NCBI GenBank assembly: GCA_030265395.1
Contig: JARFYF010000056.1
Span: forward strand, 5,979,486-6,043,485
Length of the DNA stretch: 64,000 nucleotides
Source: Rhina ancylostomus
Lineage: Eukaryota
Reading direction: 5' to 3'
The notes under the pieces are model-generated. The model had not been told where the DNA came from. It saw only the letters and a list, made by a program, of their open reading frames with translations, and ran no database searches. Each line of letters opens with the position of its first letter. Position 1 is the first letter of the stretch. Shown here one piece after another: positions 62,956 through 64,000 of this stretch. A program made the position numbers and the translations under genes.

Positions 62956-64000
62956 ACTTGCATCAAAACTTCAAATGCCTCTTCAAAACCTGTCCGACTG
63001 TGCATTTAATCATCTTTCCTTACCTTTAATTCTAATTGGTGCGCTTTTCAGTACAAAACAGATATATTTTACTGAAATTAAATAGTTACAGAAAAGGCAG
63101 AGTTCTTTTCTTCCAAAAGTTTGAAATTGCATTCACAGATTGGTGCAACAACTTTAAACAGAACAAGGCAGCTCAACTTGAAAACACGTTAATACAAGTG
63201 TAAACATTTCATACTAATTGAAAGGACCTCATTGTGCCAGGAATAATGCAATAGGAATAAGCATTGCTGCTCCATCTTTGGGGGAAAAAGTACAGCAGTG
63301 AATTTTAGTCACTGAACAAAGCATATTTCCACTTCTTCCTTGAGAGATGTTAACCTATAGGGAACCTCACTTTCAGAAGGAAAAAAAATCATTGAAGCCT
63401 GCCAAAAAAAACTTGAAAACATTCACCCCTGGGTACTGGATCACTTACATCACTGAAGTGACTATCCCATTTATATTGCAAGAGGCCGTTGCTAAACTGG
63501 GACAATGCCAGCTCAAATTCTTCCAGGAATAAATCAGTGTCACCAGCTGAAGCATATAACTTTGTATCAATTTTCATTGCTATTATTTGAAGTTATAAGG
63601 CTAGTAGAAAATTTCTAATGGCCTGGATTCTGCAGTTGCAGTGATGGTGAAACTGTCAGTGCTTGCTGTCACCATACCATGCTGGTGACAATAAGCTCAG
63701 GATTTCCAAACATGCATAGTTTAATGCAGGAAACCCTACATTGCTGTCAGCTATTCTGTGTTCCTCCACAGGGCACACAGCTTGCAGCCTTCACCACGTA
63801 ATCAAGGGAATCACTCAGTTTATAAAAACAAACTCATTGTGAAATGCCCTTAAAATGTTTTTTTTTTGCTTTGATGTAAGATACGCAAACGTTTAACATC
63901 ACACCAAACCATAATTATTCACTTGCAAACCTCAATTTGTAAATGCAGATTGCATTTTCCTCAGATAAAAAAAATTGCAGAATGAAATTTGTTTTACAAA

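Noticed and set aside
1-64000. Prokaryotic systems (CRISPR arrays, operons, defence islands), rRNA and true tRNA genes
   Set aside because: Spliced vertebrate locus with no regular repeat-spacer array; tRNA-like boxes belong to SINE heads.

Overview
Vertebrate genomic DNA, most likely a cartilaginous fish (HE1/V-SINE-like, DeuSINE-like, CR1-type LINE and Penelope-derived repeats), from a gapped draft assembly. The window holds the 3' half of MAPKAP1 (SIN1, mTORC2 subunit) on the minus strand: five coding exons matching human exons 8-12, with exon 9 partly lost in an N-gap. Main discovery: hand translation of the MAPKAP1 introns reveals a decayed polycystin-1-family (PKD1L/PKDREJ-type) gene on the same strand. 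Its REJ, GAIN, GPS, TM1, PLAT, TM2-5, TOP and pore/S6 motifs run in collinear order over about 25 kb (33.3 to 8.4 kb), interleave with MAPKAP1 exons 10 and 11, and may include a duplicated channel module. Also present: candidate conserved enhancers (PBX-HOX + MEIS + DR1, paired RFX-like boxes), degenerate hammerhead cores in Penelope-derived hairpins, and a nested LINE/SINE cluster. All family comparisons are by eye against remembered sequences; no database search was run.
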